Below are positions 49,901-59,604 of a stretch of 64,000 bases of DNA, piece by piece. How positions within the stretch are numbered: the first letter of the stretch is position 1; each line of letters starts with the position of its first letter. A program made the translations under genes and the position numbers. Source of the DNA: Mobula hypostoma (lineage: Eukaryota). The notes under the pieces were generated by a model that saw nothing but the letters and a program-made list of their open reading frames with translations, was not told where the DNA came from and ran no database searches. Location of the stretch: the NCBI RefSeq assembly GCF_963921235.1, contig NC_086101.1:12030001-12094000 (forward strand). The letters run 5' to 3'.

Positions 49901-52900
49901 CCAGCCAACCCCCATCCGTTAGCCCACTGTACATTTTCTAGTTTGAACCTTCTTTTTAACACTCTTCTCCCACTGGTTCCCCCTGCCCCGCTCCTGCTGA
50001 CTTCTCGTCTCTCCTTGGCCAGGTCATGTTCACCGGACTGGTGGATGAGGACGGGATGAAGGTGATCACACGGCTCGGGGGCGAGGTTGTGGAGTGCGTC
50101 CACAGTAGCACTCACCTGGTCACAGACCGAATCCGCCGCACAGTCAAGTTCATGTGTGCCGTTGCCAGGGGCATCCCTGTGGTCACGCCGGATTGGCTGA
50201 AGAAGGTGAGTGGTTCCCTTCACTATTGCGGCTGCCGGTGATGTCATACTCGCGCTGCTTTCGCTACCACTTTGTCGTGTTTAACGAGCTGACCCCTCAA
50301 GGTTAGGCCATTCGGCCCATCCAGTCTGCTCTACCTTTAGATCATGGCTGCTTTATTATCTATCTCAACCCCATTCTCCTGCCTTTCCTCCGTAACCTAT
50401 GATGTCTTTACTGATCAAGAGCTTTTAATATTCCCAATGACTTGGCCTCCACAACCATTTGTAGCAATGAATTCCACAGACTCGCCACGCTCGGGCTGAA
50501 GAAATTCTTTCTCATCTCCGTTCTAATGGGATCTGCTTCTGTCCTGACTCTGTGCCTTCCAGTTCAAGACAAAGGAATCATCCTCTCTCTGTCCACTCAG
50601 TGTGGGGCTTTCAGTACATAACAGGCTTCAATGAGATTTCTCCCCTAATTCTTTCAACTCCAGCGGGAACGCTCCTCATACTTCAACCCTTTCATTCCCG
50701 GGATCGTTCTTGTGAGCACACCCTCGACCCTCACCAATGTCAGCGCATCCTTTCTTAGATAAAGCTGCTCACAATACTCCAGGTGTGGTCTGACCCTCAA
50801 CATCACATCCTCGCTTTTATATTCTAGTCCTCTCGAAATGAATGCTAACATTGTACTCGTCTTCCTCATTACCAACTCAACATGTAAGTTAACTTCTAGG
50901 GTTTAGACTAGTTCCAAGTCAGGCACCAATTGGACGTTATTCCTTCCCAAGATGCGTTGCCTCTGGTTTGTATCCTATTTGGAATTGGCTTGCCCCACAG
51001 AAGTCAGGGTGGGAGTTTGTTTTTTTTTTGTGTGTGTCATACTCTGCCGGAGCCTCAGCGACCACTTATTTTTTCAAGTGGTTGTCTTGGAGGAAAGATT
51101 CTGTGAGTGGTCCCCCATGTCCTTCTCAGCGCAGTGTGTTTTTTTTTACGAGGCTGAGTGCGAGCTCGACACTCATCCCGGCACGGACGGAAAGCATGTC
51201 CGGGACCGGCCCAACTGGATTCGAACTCCAGTGGTAGCAGATGGATTGTATTTTGCCTGGAGATCAGTGACCAGTGATATTCTGCAGGGATCTGTTCTGG
51301 GACGCCTGCTCTTTGTGATTTTTATAAATGACAGATGTGGAAGTGGAAGAGTGGGTTAGTAAGTTTGCAGATGACATGAAGGTTAGTGAAGTTGTGGGTA
51401 GTGTAGAAGGTTATCGTAGGTTACAGCGAGAAATTGACTGGATGCAGAGAAGTGGCAGATGGAGTTCAACACAGAGAAGTGTGAAATGATTCACCTTGAA
51501 AGGTTGGATTTGAAGGCAGACTACATGATTAGTGGCAGAATTCTTTGCAGTTTGGAGGAACAGAGGGATCCTGGGCATCCACATGCATAGATCCCTCAAG
51601 GTTGCCACGCAAGTTGATTTGGTTGTTAAGGCATATTTTGTGTTGGCATCATTAGTTGGGGGATTCAGTTCAAGAACTGTGAGGTGATGGTGCAGCTCTG
51701 TAAAACTGGTTGGACCACACTTAGGAGTTTTGTGTTCAGTTCAGGAAGGGTGTGGAAGCTTTAGAGAGGGTGCAGGAGATTTACCAGGATGCAGACTGTA
51801 CAAATGTAAATAATACGGAGAAAACCAGTTGTAAAGAGGCCTTGAAGATGAACGGTTATAGGAATAGCTTTATTTCAGTGAGCAGCAGTGTTCTGTGGGC
51901 AAAACCGCCTTGTTAATGAGAGAGATCAGAGGAGAGTGGTCAGACTGGTTCACATTGACAAGATGGTGGCAGTTACTCCAAAACACATGACAGTATGTAC
52001 TTTGATAATAAATTTTCTTTGAATCTTTGATTACCTCGTTTTGCTTGGCTTGTGAGTTTTTAAAATTAAATTCTGTATTCTCATTTTCCTCTCTCCCAAA
52101 CTGACCCACCGGCCCGTGATCTTGGAGCAGAGTGGGGTGAACAGCTATTTCCTGTCACATCGCAGCTTCCTGCTGGATGACCGTGACCAGGAGCAGAACT
52201 TCAACTTCAAGCTCAAGGACGCCCTTCAGAAAGCCAAGAAGCAGCCGCTGCTGCAGGTGAGCGACAGCGCCCCCTGGTGGTTCGAGAGCAGGACTGGAGT
52301 TTTCATTTAACACACATCAAAGTTGCTGGTGAACGCAGCAGGCCAGAATGATAGGGGAAGACAGGAGGGGGAGGGATAGAGCCAAGAGCTGGACAGGTGA
52401 TAGGCAAAAGGGGATACGAGAGGATCATGGGACAGGAGGTCCGGGAAGAAAGACAAGGGGGGGGGGTCCCAGAGGATGGGCAAGAGGTATATTCAGAGGG
52501 ACAGAGGGAGAAAAAGGAGAGTGAGAGAAAGAATGTGTGCATAAAAATAAGTAACAGATGGGGTACGAGGGGGAGGTGGGGCCTTAGCGGAAGTTAGAGA
52601 AGTCGATGTTCATGCCATCAGGTTGGAGGCTACCCAGACGGAATATAAGGTGTTGTTCCTCCAACCTGAGTGTGGCTTCATCTTTACAGTAGAGGAGGCC
52701 ATGGATAGACATGTCAGAATGGGAATGGGATGTGGAATTAAAATGTGTGGCCACTGGGAGATCCTGCTTTCTCTGGCAGACAGAGCGTTGATGTTCAGCA
52801 AAGCGGTCTCCCAGTCTGCGTCGGGTCTCACCAATATATAAAAGGCCACATCGGGAGCACCGGACGCAGGATATCACCCCAGCCGACTCACAGGTGAAGT

Positions 52901-55900
52901 GTTGCCTCACCTGGAAGGACTGTTTGGGGCCCTGAATGGTGGTAAGGGAGGAAGTGTAAGGGCATGTGTAGCACTTGTTCCGCTTACACGGATAAGTGCC
53001 AGGAGGGAGATCAGTGGGGAGGGATGGGGGGGACGAATGGACGAGGGAGTTGCGTAGGGAGCGATCCCTGCAGAATGCAGAGGGGGAGGGAGGGAAAGAT
53101 GTGCTTAGTGGTGGGATCCCGTTGGAGGTGGCGGAAGTTACGGAGAATAATATGTTGGACCCGGAGGCTGGTGGGGTGGTAGGTGAGGACCAGGGGAACC
53201 CTATTCCTAGTGGGGTGGCGGGAGGATGGAGTGAGAGCAGATGTACGTGAAATGGGGGAGATGCGTTTAAGAGCAGAGTTGATAGTAGAGGAAGGGAAGC
53301 CCCTTTCTTTAAAAAAGGAAGACATCTCCCTCGTCCTAGAATGAAAAGCCTCATCCTGAGAGCAGATGCGGCGGAGACGGAGGAATTGTGAGAAGGGGAT
53401 GGCGTTTTTGCAAGAGACAGGGTGAGAAGAGGAATAGTCCAGATAGCTGTGAGAGTCAGTAGGCTTATAGTAGACATCAGTGGATAAGCTGTCTCCAGAG
53501 ACAGAGACAGAAAGATCTAGAAAGGGGAGGGAGGTGTCGGAAACGGACCAGGTAAACTTGAGGGCAGGGTGAAAGTTGGAGGCAAAGTTAATAAAGTCAA
53601 CAAGTTCTGCATGCGTGCAGGAAGCAGCGCCAATGCAGTCATCGATGTAGCGAAGGAAAAGTGGGGGACAGATACCAGAATAGGCATGGAACATAGATTG
53701 TTCCACAAACCCAACAAAAAGGCAGGCATAGCTAGGACCCATACGGGTGCCCATAGCTACACCTTTAGTTTGGAGGAAGTGGGAGGAGCCAAAGGAGAAA
53801 TTATTAAGAGTAAGGACTAATTCCGCTAGACGGAGCAGAGTGGTGGTAGAGGGGAACTGATTAGGTCTGGAATCTAAAAGAAGCGGAGAGCTTTGAGACC
53901 TTCCTGATGGGGATGGAAGTATATAAGGACTGGACATCCATGGTGAAAATAAAGCGGTGGGGGCCAGGGAACTTAAAATCATCGAAAAGTTTAAGAGCGT
54001 GAGAAGTGTCACGAACATAGGTCGGAAGGGATTGAACAAGGGGGGATAAAACCGTGTTGAGGTATGCAGAAACGAGTTCGGTGGGGCAGGAGCAAGCTGA
54101 GACAATAGGTCGGCCAGGACAGGCAGGTTTGTGGATCTTGGGTGGGAGGTAGAAACGGGAAGTGCGGGGTGTGGGAACAATAAGGTTGGTAGCAGTGGAT
54201 GGGAGATCCCTTGAGCGGATAAAGTCGGTGATGGTGTGGGAGACAATGGCCTGGTGCTCCTCAGTGGGGTCACGATCGAGGGGTAAATAAGAGGAGGTAT
54301 CCGCGAGCTGTCGCTGTGCCTCGGCAAGGTAGAGGTCAGTACGCCAGACTACAACAGCACCCCCCTTATCGGCGGGTTTAATAATAAAGTTAGGATCCCT
54401 CCCCACTGATCTCCCTCCTGGCACTTATCCGTGTAAGCGGAACAAGTGCTACACATGCCCTTACACTTCCTCCCTTACCACCATTCAGGGCCCCAAACAG
54501 TCCTTCCAGGTGAGGCAACACTTCACCTGTGAGTCGGCTGGGGTGATATACTATGTCCGGTGTGGCCTTTTATATATTGGTGAGACCCGACGCAGACTGG
54601 GAGACCGCTTTGCTGAACATCTACGCTCTGTCCGCCAGAGAAAGCAGGATCTCCCAGTGGCCACACATTTTAATTCCACATCCCATTCCCATTCTGACAT
54701 GTCTATCCACGGCCTCCTCTACTGTAAAGATGAAGCCACACTCAGGTTGGAGGAACAACACCTTACATTCCGCCTGGGTAGCCTCCAACCTGATGGCATG
54801 AACATCGACTTCTCTAACTTCCGCTAAGGCCCCACCTCCCGCTCGTACCCCATCTGTTACTTATTTTTATGCACACATTCTTTCTCTCACTCTCCTTTTT
54901 CTCCCTCTGTCCCTCTGAATATACCTCTTGCCCATCCTCTGGGTCCCCCTCCCTTGTCTTTCTTCCCGGACCTCCTGTCCCATGATCCTCTCATATCCCT
55001 TTTGCCTATCACCTGTCCAGCTCTTGGATCCATCCCTCCCCCTCCTGTCTTCCCCTATCATTTTGGATCTCCCCCTCCCCCTCCAACTTTCAAATCCCTT
55101 ACTCACTCTTCCTTCAGTTAGTCCTGACGAAGGGTCTCGGCCTGAAACGTCGACTGTACCTCTTCCTACAGATGCTGCCTGGCCTGCTGCGTTCACCAGC
55201 AACTTTGATGTGTGTTGCTTGAATTTCCAGCATCTGCAGAATTCCTGTTGTCGGAGTTTTTCATTTGCTTATTTAGAGATACAGCAGGGAAACAGTCATA
55301 GTCGTAGTCATAGTCATACTTTATTGATCCCAGGGGAAATTGGTTAAAATATCCAGCGCTACAAAACCAAATAAAACTCTCTCCACCAGCATGTTAGAGA
55401 GGGTGCAGCTTCAGCGTGTTACCATGAGGAAAAAAACAGCAAATAACCTAAGTTAAAAAAGTTTAACAAGTAAGAAACCAGACAGAGCAACTGTAACAGG
55501 CTGCATGCACGACTGGCTCATACGCACTACATAAGATCAGAGCCTTCTGGTCACAAACAAGCCAGTGCCACCCAATTGGCCCCGTGTGACATTAACCTAC
55601 CAACCGTTACATTTTTGGAATGTGGGTAGGAAACTTTTTAGATTAGATTATGAGAACACTCAGTCCTCGTTTATTGTCATTTAATAATACATGCATGCAT
55701 TAAGAAATGATACAATGTTCCTCCAGAGTGATATCACAGAAAAACAGGACAAACCAAAGACTAACACTGACACAACCACATAATTATAACATATAGTTAT
55801 AGCAGTGCAAAACAGTACCATAATTTGATGAAGAACAGACCATGGGCACGGTAAAACAAAGTCTCAAAGTCCAGAGTCGATCGACTCCCGAGTCCCCGAT

Positions 55901-58900
55901 AGCAGGCGGCAAAAGGGAGAAACTCCGTCATAAACCTCCAGGCACCGACAACTGTTGATGCATTGGAAGCAGCCGACCACAGCCGACACTGAGTCCATCC
56001 GTCCGAAAACTCCGAGCCTCCGACCAGCCCCTCCGATACAGCCTCCTGAGCGCCATCCTCTGCCGAGCGCCTTCAGTCTCGCCCCGGCCGCTGAAACAAG
56101 CAAAAAGCTGAGGAATCGGGGCCTTCTCCTCCGCAGATTCCAGACCACACAGTAACAACGACAGTGAAGCGGGCGTTTCAGAAGTTTCTCCAGATGTTCC
56201 TCCGTACTCTCACGTCTGCCTCCATTAAATCAGAATTGTGCATGGTCCCCTAGAGCTCCCGCAGGAAACTGACATGGTCACAGGGAGAACATACAAACTC
56301 CGTACAGACAGCAGAGGAATTAAATCCAGAATTGTCAGAATAAGTAGTAAAACCATTGGCCAGGTACAAGAATCACTCAGCAGCATCCATAACAGACGGA
56401 CAATAAAGAAGCTGAACAAATGGTAGAGGGCATTACACATACACTTCATACTTGGCACTGTCATGCCATCTGGACGCTGCTACAGCTCCCTGCCTATCAG
56501 CATCAGAAGAGTCTTAACCAGATTTGTGCCTTCCTCCATTCACCTCCTCAACACCCAGTTTTGAATATATAGTATGCATAGCACCGTGGACAGTAAAAAC
56601 ACTCAGATTTATTATGTGTATTTTAAATTGCATGCATTATTTTTTAGTATTTGTTATCTATTGTGAGTATTTTGTATTGTGTTTAACTGTATGTAGTGTG
56701 GTGTTCTGTATCTGAAGCTCCGTGATGTTGTCCTTGCCACTGCACAAAGGAAGTTCCTCACGGAAAATAAAGTGAATTGGATCCAAAGTGAGGAACTGGA
56801 CTGTGCACTAACGTTACACAGTCATAGAGTGGCCCGAAGGTGGAACAATATCCTTCACCCCAACTCATGCTGACCAAGTTACCTCATGAGTTAGTCCCTT
56901 GTGACTACCCGTATCCCTCAAAACCAATGCTACCCATGTAAGACCATAAGACATAGAAGCAGAATTAGGCCACTCATTCCATCATGGTTGATCCCGGATC
57001 CCACTAAACCCCATACAACCGGTCCCCTTGCCCTGACCGATCAGGAAACGATCGACTTCCGCCTTAAGTACATGCACGGACTTGGCCTCCACCACAGTCT
57101 GTGGCAGAGCATTCCACAGATTCACTACTCTCTGGCTAAAAAATATCCTCCTTACCTCTGTTCTAAAAGGCCGTCCCTCAATTTTGAGGCTCTGCCTTCT
57201 AGTTCTGGATATTCCCACCATAGGAAACATCCTCTCCACATCCACCTATCTCGTCCTTTCAACATTCGGTAGGTTTCAATGTGATTTCCCCCACCCCACC
57301 CACATTTTTCTAAATTCTAGTGTGTACAGGCACGAAGCTGACAAATGCTCCTCATATGTTAACCCCTTCATTCCCAGAATTACCTTGACTAAATGTTTGT
57401 CTTATTTGTATCCACCTCTACCACTTCCATATACCCACCACCTTCTGTGTGAGGTATTTGCCCTTCATGTCCCTTTTAAATCTTTCCTCTCTCACTTTAA
57501 ACCCATGCTTTCTGGTTTTGAACTCCTTACCCTGGGGAAAGGACTGTGGCTATTCACCTTATCTCTGTCCCTCATGATTTATGAACCTCAGTGAAGATAC
57601 TCCTTACCCTCCTTTGCACCGGGGAAAAGAGTCCTCCCCTACAGAGCCTGACCTTACCACTCAAGCCTGCCAGTCTTGGTAACATCTTCATAAATTGTTT
57701 TTGCACTCTTTCCCATTCGATGACATCCTTGTAGCAGACAGAACCGTTTGCAACTACGGCCTTACCAGTGTCAAAAAAACATAAAACAGTAGAGGTTCTT
57801 CAGCCCACAATGTTGTTCCATCTCTTCAATACTCTTCAAAATCAATTTATGGCTTCCCTCCTGCACCGCCCTCCATCTTTCCCTCATCCATCTGCCTGTT
57901 TGAGAGTCCCTTAAATCTCTCTAATAATCTGTTTCTGGTAGCATGTTCCATGCACTCACCATTCTCTGTGTGGGAATAAAAAACAAAGCCTTTTCTCTTT
58001 GGGGTGAAGGAGGATGAGAGGTGACCTGACAGGGGTGTGCAAGATGATAAGAGGCATAGATTGAATGGACAGCCAGCGACGACTTCTCAGGGTGGAAATG
58101 TCATGTAATGGAGCATAACTTTAAGGTGTTTATAGGAAAGTAGGGGTAAGGGGGGTGCCAGAGATGGGTTTTTACACAGAGGGTGGTGTGTGCAGGTGGG
58201 ACGTGCTGTGCCAGTGGTGGTAGGGGCAGATACATAAAGAATTTTAGCGTGGCGGTTAGTGTGACACTATTACAGCTCGGCACATCGGAGTTCAGAGTTC
58301 AATTTCAACACAGTCTGTAAGAAGTTTGTACGTCCTTTCCATGAGCTTTGTTTACTTCCACATTCCAAAGTCATACGAGTTCATAGGTTAACTGGTTATT
58401 GTAAATTGCCCTGTGATTAAACGAGGGGTTCAAGAGGTGGGTTACTAGGCAGAAGGCCATGTTCCGTGTTGTATCTCTGATAAGTACACAGGGTGAAGGA
58501 GAAACGGAGGCTTATGTGGGATGGAAGGGTCAGATTGACCATGGAGTAGGTTAAAGGGTCAGCACAACATCATAGGCCAAAGGACCTGTACTGTTCTGTG
58601 GTCTATGTACCTCCTCGCCGATGGTAGTGATGAGAAGACGATGGTGGTTGTGTTGGCATTTCCACTGGACACCGAGACGGGAAGCTGCTGAGGGGTAAGC
58701 TGATGTTGTCTCTCTCCTGATCCCGTCAGGAATACCAGATCCACGTGACAGCGGGGGTGCAGCCCAATCCCAGCCAGATGGCGGCCATTCTGCAGTGCAG
58801 CGGGGCGACCGTGCTGCCCAAGATGCCGAGAGCGTATAAGGTGAGCCTGGGTGGTCACCACGAGGGAAGCCTCTGCAGTGCAAGTCCTCCCTGGGACTGT

Positions 58901-59518
58901 GTGGGTTTGCTCCCGTTTCATCCCATATTCCAAAGACCTGCGGGGTAGTGGTCACAGGTGTAATTGGGTGGTGTGACCTCATTAGGCCAGAAGGACCTGT
59001 TACCGTGCAGTATCTCAAAATAAAAAATAAGATGGTTTTAGACTTCCTTACCCTGGGGAAAATGACTGTGGCTGCCCACCTTACCTGTGCCCGATTCTCC
59101 AATGTCCTGCACTTTGCAGTGACCTGTCCCTTAGGGAGTGAGTGTTCCTGGGGTTTCTCAAGGACAATAAAGCTGAGATTCTAACCCCTGTATTTGTTCC
59201 TTGCATCAACAATCGGAACAGGAGAAAATGCTGGTGATTTCGTGCCCCGCGGACCTCGCCAAGTGCAAAGCTGCCCGGGATGCTGGGATCCCCGTGGTCA
59301 ATGCGGAGTTCATCTTGACGGGGATTCTCCAGCAGACAGTGGACGTGGCGAAGTATCGTCTGGATGTGGAAGATGCCTTCGACAGCAAGCCGGAGGGCAG
59401 AGGCAGGAAACGGAGTTCTCCCATCGAAAGCAAGCCGGAAGGGAGAGGGAGCAAACCGGGTTCTACCACGGCAGCAGCAACACAACCAGCCGCAGCTAAG
59501 AAGAGAAAGAAGCGGTGA
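1909..59518 (+). CDS. MDC1: MDC1, 5'-partial multi-exon CDS: join(1909..1983,9725..9817,13624..13722,29014..29064,38790..39688,40763..40939,43502..43678,47458..47634,50023..50205,52131..52256,58730..58840,59222..59518), about 820 aa
   Basis: The last four exons give a tandem BRCT that is colinear with human MDC1 as I recall it ([53 protein letters not shown]). Upstream exons carry TQxF/Y and SQ/TQ motifs. All junctions are GT-AG, and the exons splice into one open frame. Confidence 0.93.
2095..3818 (+). mobile_element. Degenerate CR1 3' portion, interrupted by a hAT element and a second CR1; its tail resumes at about 6676-6750
   Basis: RGLEY/LYKAL-type and [11 protein letters not shown] segments; gggataat at 3811 continues as aaatcagcc at about 6679. 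Confidence 0.8.
2202..3342 (-). mobile_element. Non-autonomous hAT (Charlie-type) DNA transposon
   Basis: TIRs caggggtccccaacc / ggttggggactgctg; exact 8-bp TSD gactagag (2194-2201 and 3343-3350); minus-strand remnant [27 protein letters not shown] of the hAT dimerisation domain at about 3040-3200. Confidence 0.9.
3819..6676 (-). mobile_element. Young 5'-truncated CR1 LINE; ORF2 (APE endonuclease and RT) split by two frameshifts
   Basis: ORFs 6425-6649, 5278-6486 and 4008-5327 contain [37 protein letters not shown] and FADD; CR1-type tail at the left end. Confidence 0.95.
7140..8050 (-). mobile_element. 5'-truncated CR1 LINE
   Basis: [19 protein letters not shown] and [14 protein letters not shown] on the minus strand. 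Confidence 0.9.
8615..9645 (-). mobile_element. Rex/Babar-like non-LTR 3' fragment, split by a Tigger MITE
   Basis: KAASIIKDP...PSGR-type C-terminus. Related copies at about 10685-10930, 15950-16330, 16400-16965, 29310-29590, 34760-35195, 41020-41370 and 47717-48090. Confidence 0.6.
8870..9570. mobile_element. TcMar-Tigger/pogo-like MITE
   Basis: Imperfect TIRs caggtttcccccgc..gaaag / cttttgaaaagtgggggatacttg, TA on both sides, and the host repeat rejoins across it. Confidence 0.8.
9725..9817 (+). CDS. MDC1: MDC1 internal exon, phase 1-1 ([30 protein letters not shown])
   Basis: ctttgctcttccacag acceptor, A|gtaagt donor, 93 bp, TQLF motif. Confidence 0.85.
10975..12160 (+). mobile_element. 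Degenerate, internally deleted Tc1-like transposon
   Basis: TA|cagtgcc terminus with inner DR (tattcaccc); transposase remnant from ATG 11385 ([11 protein letters not shown]...GYEKIS), [12 protein letters not shown], then a jump to LNPIENLW; right end truncated. Confidence 0.88.
13624..13722 (+). CDS. MDC1: MDC1 internal exon, phase 1-1 ([32 protein letters not shown])
   Basis: ctaat branch-like site and tttcccacag acceptor, A|gtaaga donor, 99 bp open frame, resembles the two previous exons. Confidence 0.75.
14142..15290 (-). mobile_element. 5'-truncated CR1 LINE
   Basis: GVPQGSVL and [15 protein letters not shown]; tail atagaaacatagaaa. Confidence 0.9.
15310..15515 (+). mobile_element. V-SINE-like tRNA-derived SINE
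   Basis: B-box ggttcaattcc and V domain gggtttcc..gtgctc..gtttcctcccacattccaaagatgt. Related copies at about 21480-21735 (-), 31805-32150 (+) and 58245-58480 (+). Confidence 0.65.
17120..21045 (+). mobile_element. Near full-length degenerate CR1 (ORF1 SGNH esterase and ORF2)
   Basis: VIGDSMV and HVGTND esterase motifs, followed by endonuclease and RT fragments ([19 protein letters not shown]) and a 3' end. Confidence 0.9.
19551..20077. mobile_element. Solo LTR inserted in a CR1
   Basis: Begins tgtaac and ends cattata (decayed ttaca); 4-bp TSD gctg; the host RT rejoins; homologous to 61865-62510. Confidence 0.65.
24197..24881 (+). mobile_element. Non-autonomous Tigger/pogo element
   Basis: TIRs caggcagcccccgagtta / taaccccgggactgcctg|ta; CENP-B-type HTH remnant [19 protein letters not shown]...[14 protein letters not shown]. 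Confidence 0.85.
25120..25408 (-). mobile_element. Penelope terminal (pLTR) fragment
   Basis: Closely matches the reverse complement of about 54930-55215. Confidence 0.85.
25180..25215 (-). ncRNA. Minimal type I hammerhead ribozyme motif
   Basis: Minus strand reads agtc-CTGACGA-a-ggg tctcgg ccc-GAAAC-GTC-gact. Confidence 0.75.
26560..28150 (-). mobile_element. 5'-truncated CR1, with a nested short CR1 tail at about 27007-27127
   Basis: QHGF, DFQKAFD, PQGSVLG and NLWNALP on the minus strand. Confidence 0.88.
28150..28403 (+). mobile_element. Probable second-family Penelope terminal fragment with a decayed hammerhead
   Basis: CTGATGA...GAAATGTC at about 28285-28319; family inferred. Confidence 0.45.
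29014..29064 (+). CDS. MDC1: MDC1 internal exon, phase 1-1 ([16 protein letters not shown])
   Basis: acttttcctccag acceptor, AAG|gtaagt donor, 51 bp, lies in a non-repetitive island. Confidence 0.72.
29800..33150 (+). mobile_element. Degenerate CR1 LINE with a nested SINE
   Basis: End of ORF1, endonuclease GITESW, RT fragments, LVRPHLEYC and a 3' end. Confidence 0.85.
33680..38205 (+). mobile_element. Degenerate full-length CR1 (5'UTR, ORF1 Cys finger and esterase, ORF2)
   Basis: ECSSCGM...[14 protein letters not shown] at about 34055-34150, then endonuclease and RT remnants and a 3' end. Confidence 0.82.
33685..33860 (+). repeat. About 82-bp tandem duplication (two copies) at the CR1 5' end
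   Basis: gagagagtttaaatgaag..agcggg.cagtcagc.cattttgtgct.cacagtg occurs twice. Confidence 0.8.
38790..39688 (+). CDS. MDC1: MDC1 large low-complexity exon, phase 1-0
   Basis: GC-rich part of ORF 38489..39793; tcttctgtctcag acceptor, CGG|gtgagt donor; E/P/S/T/R-rich with ETQRF, SDT, SQ/TQ and basic clusters. Confidence 0.88.
40763..40939 (+). CDS. MDC1: MDC1 177-bp phase 0-0 exon, copy 1
   Basis: ttttggcag acceptor, AAG|gtaagt donor; [10 protein letters not shown]...ENVTLPK (59 aa). Confidence 0.8.
41881..43220 (+). mobile_element. Two adjacent CR1 fragments (junction about 42246)
   Basis: LYKALVRP segment, then a restart at PQGSVLGP running through to a 3' end. Confidence 0.85.
43502..43678 (+). 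CDS. MDC1: MDC1 177-bp phase 0-0 exon, copy 2
   Basis: Near-identical to copy 1, with intact splice sites and frame. Confidence 0.75.
44670..45688 (-). mobile_element. CR1 fragment
   Basis: [11 protein letters not shown] and QRDLGIQVH on the minus strand. Confidence 0.8.
45768..46927 (-). mobile_element. Non-autonomous Helitron
   Basis: Minus strand starts TCTATCTATATACTACT and ends GTCTAG, with a subterminal hairpin (45778-45798); inserted between host A and T with no TSD; carries a remnant ORF of 23-aa repeats. Confidence 0.88.
47458..47634 (+). CDS. MDC1: MDC1 177-bp phase 0-0 exon, copy 3
   Basis: More diverged copy with intact splice sites and frame; its LPK joins VMFTG of BRCT1. Confidence 0.8.
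48608..49350 (+). mobile_element. 5'-truncated CR1 in triplication unit 3
   Basis: [15 protein letters not shown] and a 3' end; the empty site is at about 44340. Confidence 0.85.
50023..50205 (+). CDS. MDC1: MDC1 BRCT1 exon
   Basis: [11 protein letters not shown]...[31 protein letters not shown]; the phosphopeptide-binding T, R and K are present; ccag/gtgagt sites. Confidence 0.96.
50300..51795. mobile_element. CR1 fragments (50300-50900 minus, 51227-51795 plus)
   Basis: [18 protein letters not shown] and FADD. Confidence 0.75.
52131..52256 (+). CDS. MDC1: MDC1 BRCT linker exon
   Basis: SGVNSYFL...[22 protein letters not shown] (42 aa); cag/gtgagc sites. Confidence 0.93.
52309..55252. mobile_element. 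Penelope-like retroelement: 5'-truncated RT plus GIY-YIG on the minus strand (52584-54395), fused to an inverted 3' copy on the plus strand (54396-55252)
   Basis: [30 protein letters not shown] and YYKPT motifs; [17 protein letters not shown]; flanking ggagtttt(t)cattt TSD. Confidence 0.95.
55120..55155 (+). ncRNA. Minimal type I hammerhead ribozyme motif in the Penelope pLTR
   Basis: agtc-CTGACGA-agg gtctcgg cct-GAAAC-GTC-gact; predicted cleavage after 55151. Confidence 0.75.
56938..57750 (-). mobile_element. CR1 3' fragments
   Basis: [14 protein letters not shown]; tail taagaccataagacat. Confidence 0.75.
58730..58840 (+). CDS. MDC1: MDC1 BRCT2 exon
   Basis: [37 protein letters not shown]; tcag/gtgagc sites. 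Confidence 0.95.
59222..59518 (+). CDS. MDC1: MDC1 terminal coding exon
   Basis: EKMLVISCP...[10 protein letters not shown]...KKRKKR then TGA; ctaac branch site at 59181. Confidence 0.93.
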   Translation, partial: EKMLVISCPADLAKCKAARDAGIPVVNAEFILTGILQQTVDVAKYRLDVEDAFDSKPEGRGRKRSSPIESKPEGRGSKPGSTTAAATQPAAAKKRKKR

Positions 59519-59598
59519 CTGTTCAGGTATCGGACTTTCAATAACACTGTAAATCCATGATATTATTTAAAAAAAGACAAAATTTGATGTACTTTTCC

Positions 59599-59604
59599 AA
59601 TAAA
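59599..59604 (+). promoter_or_regulatory. Candidate polyadenylation signal of MDC1
   Basis: AATAAA about 80 nt after the stop, followed by a GT/T-rich tract near 59625-59640. Confidence 0.65.

Noticed and set aside
53861..54424. 187-aa ORF as a separate gene
   Set aside because: Its start comes from the Penelope inversion junction, and the rest is frameshifted Penelope RT.
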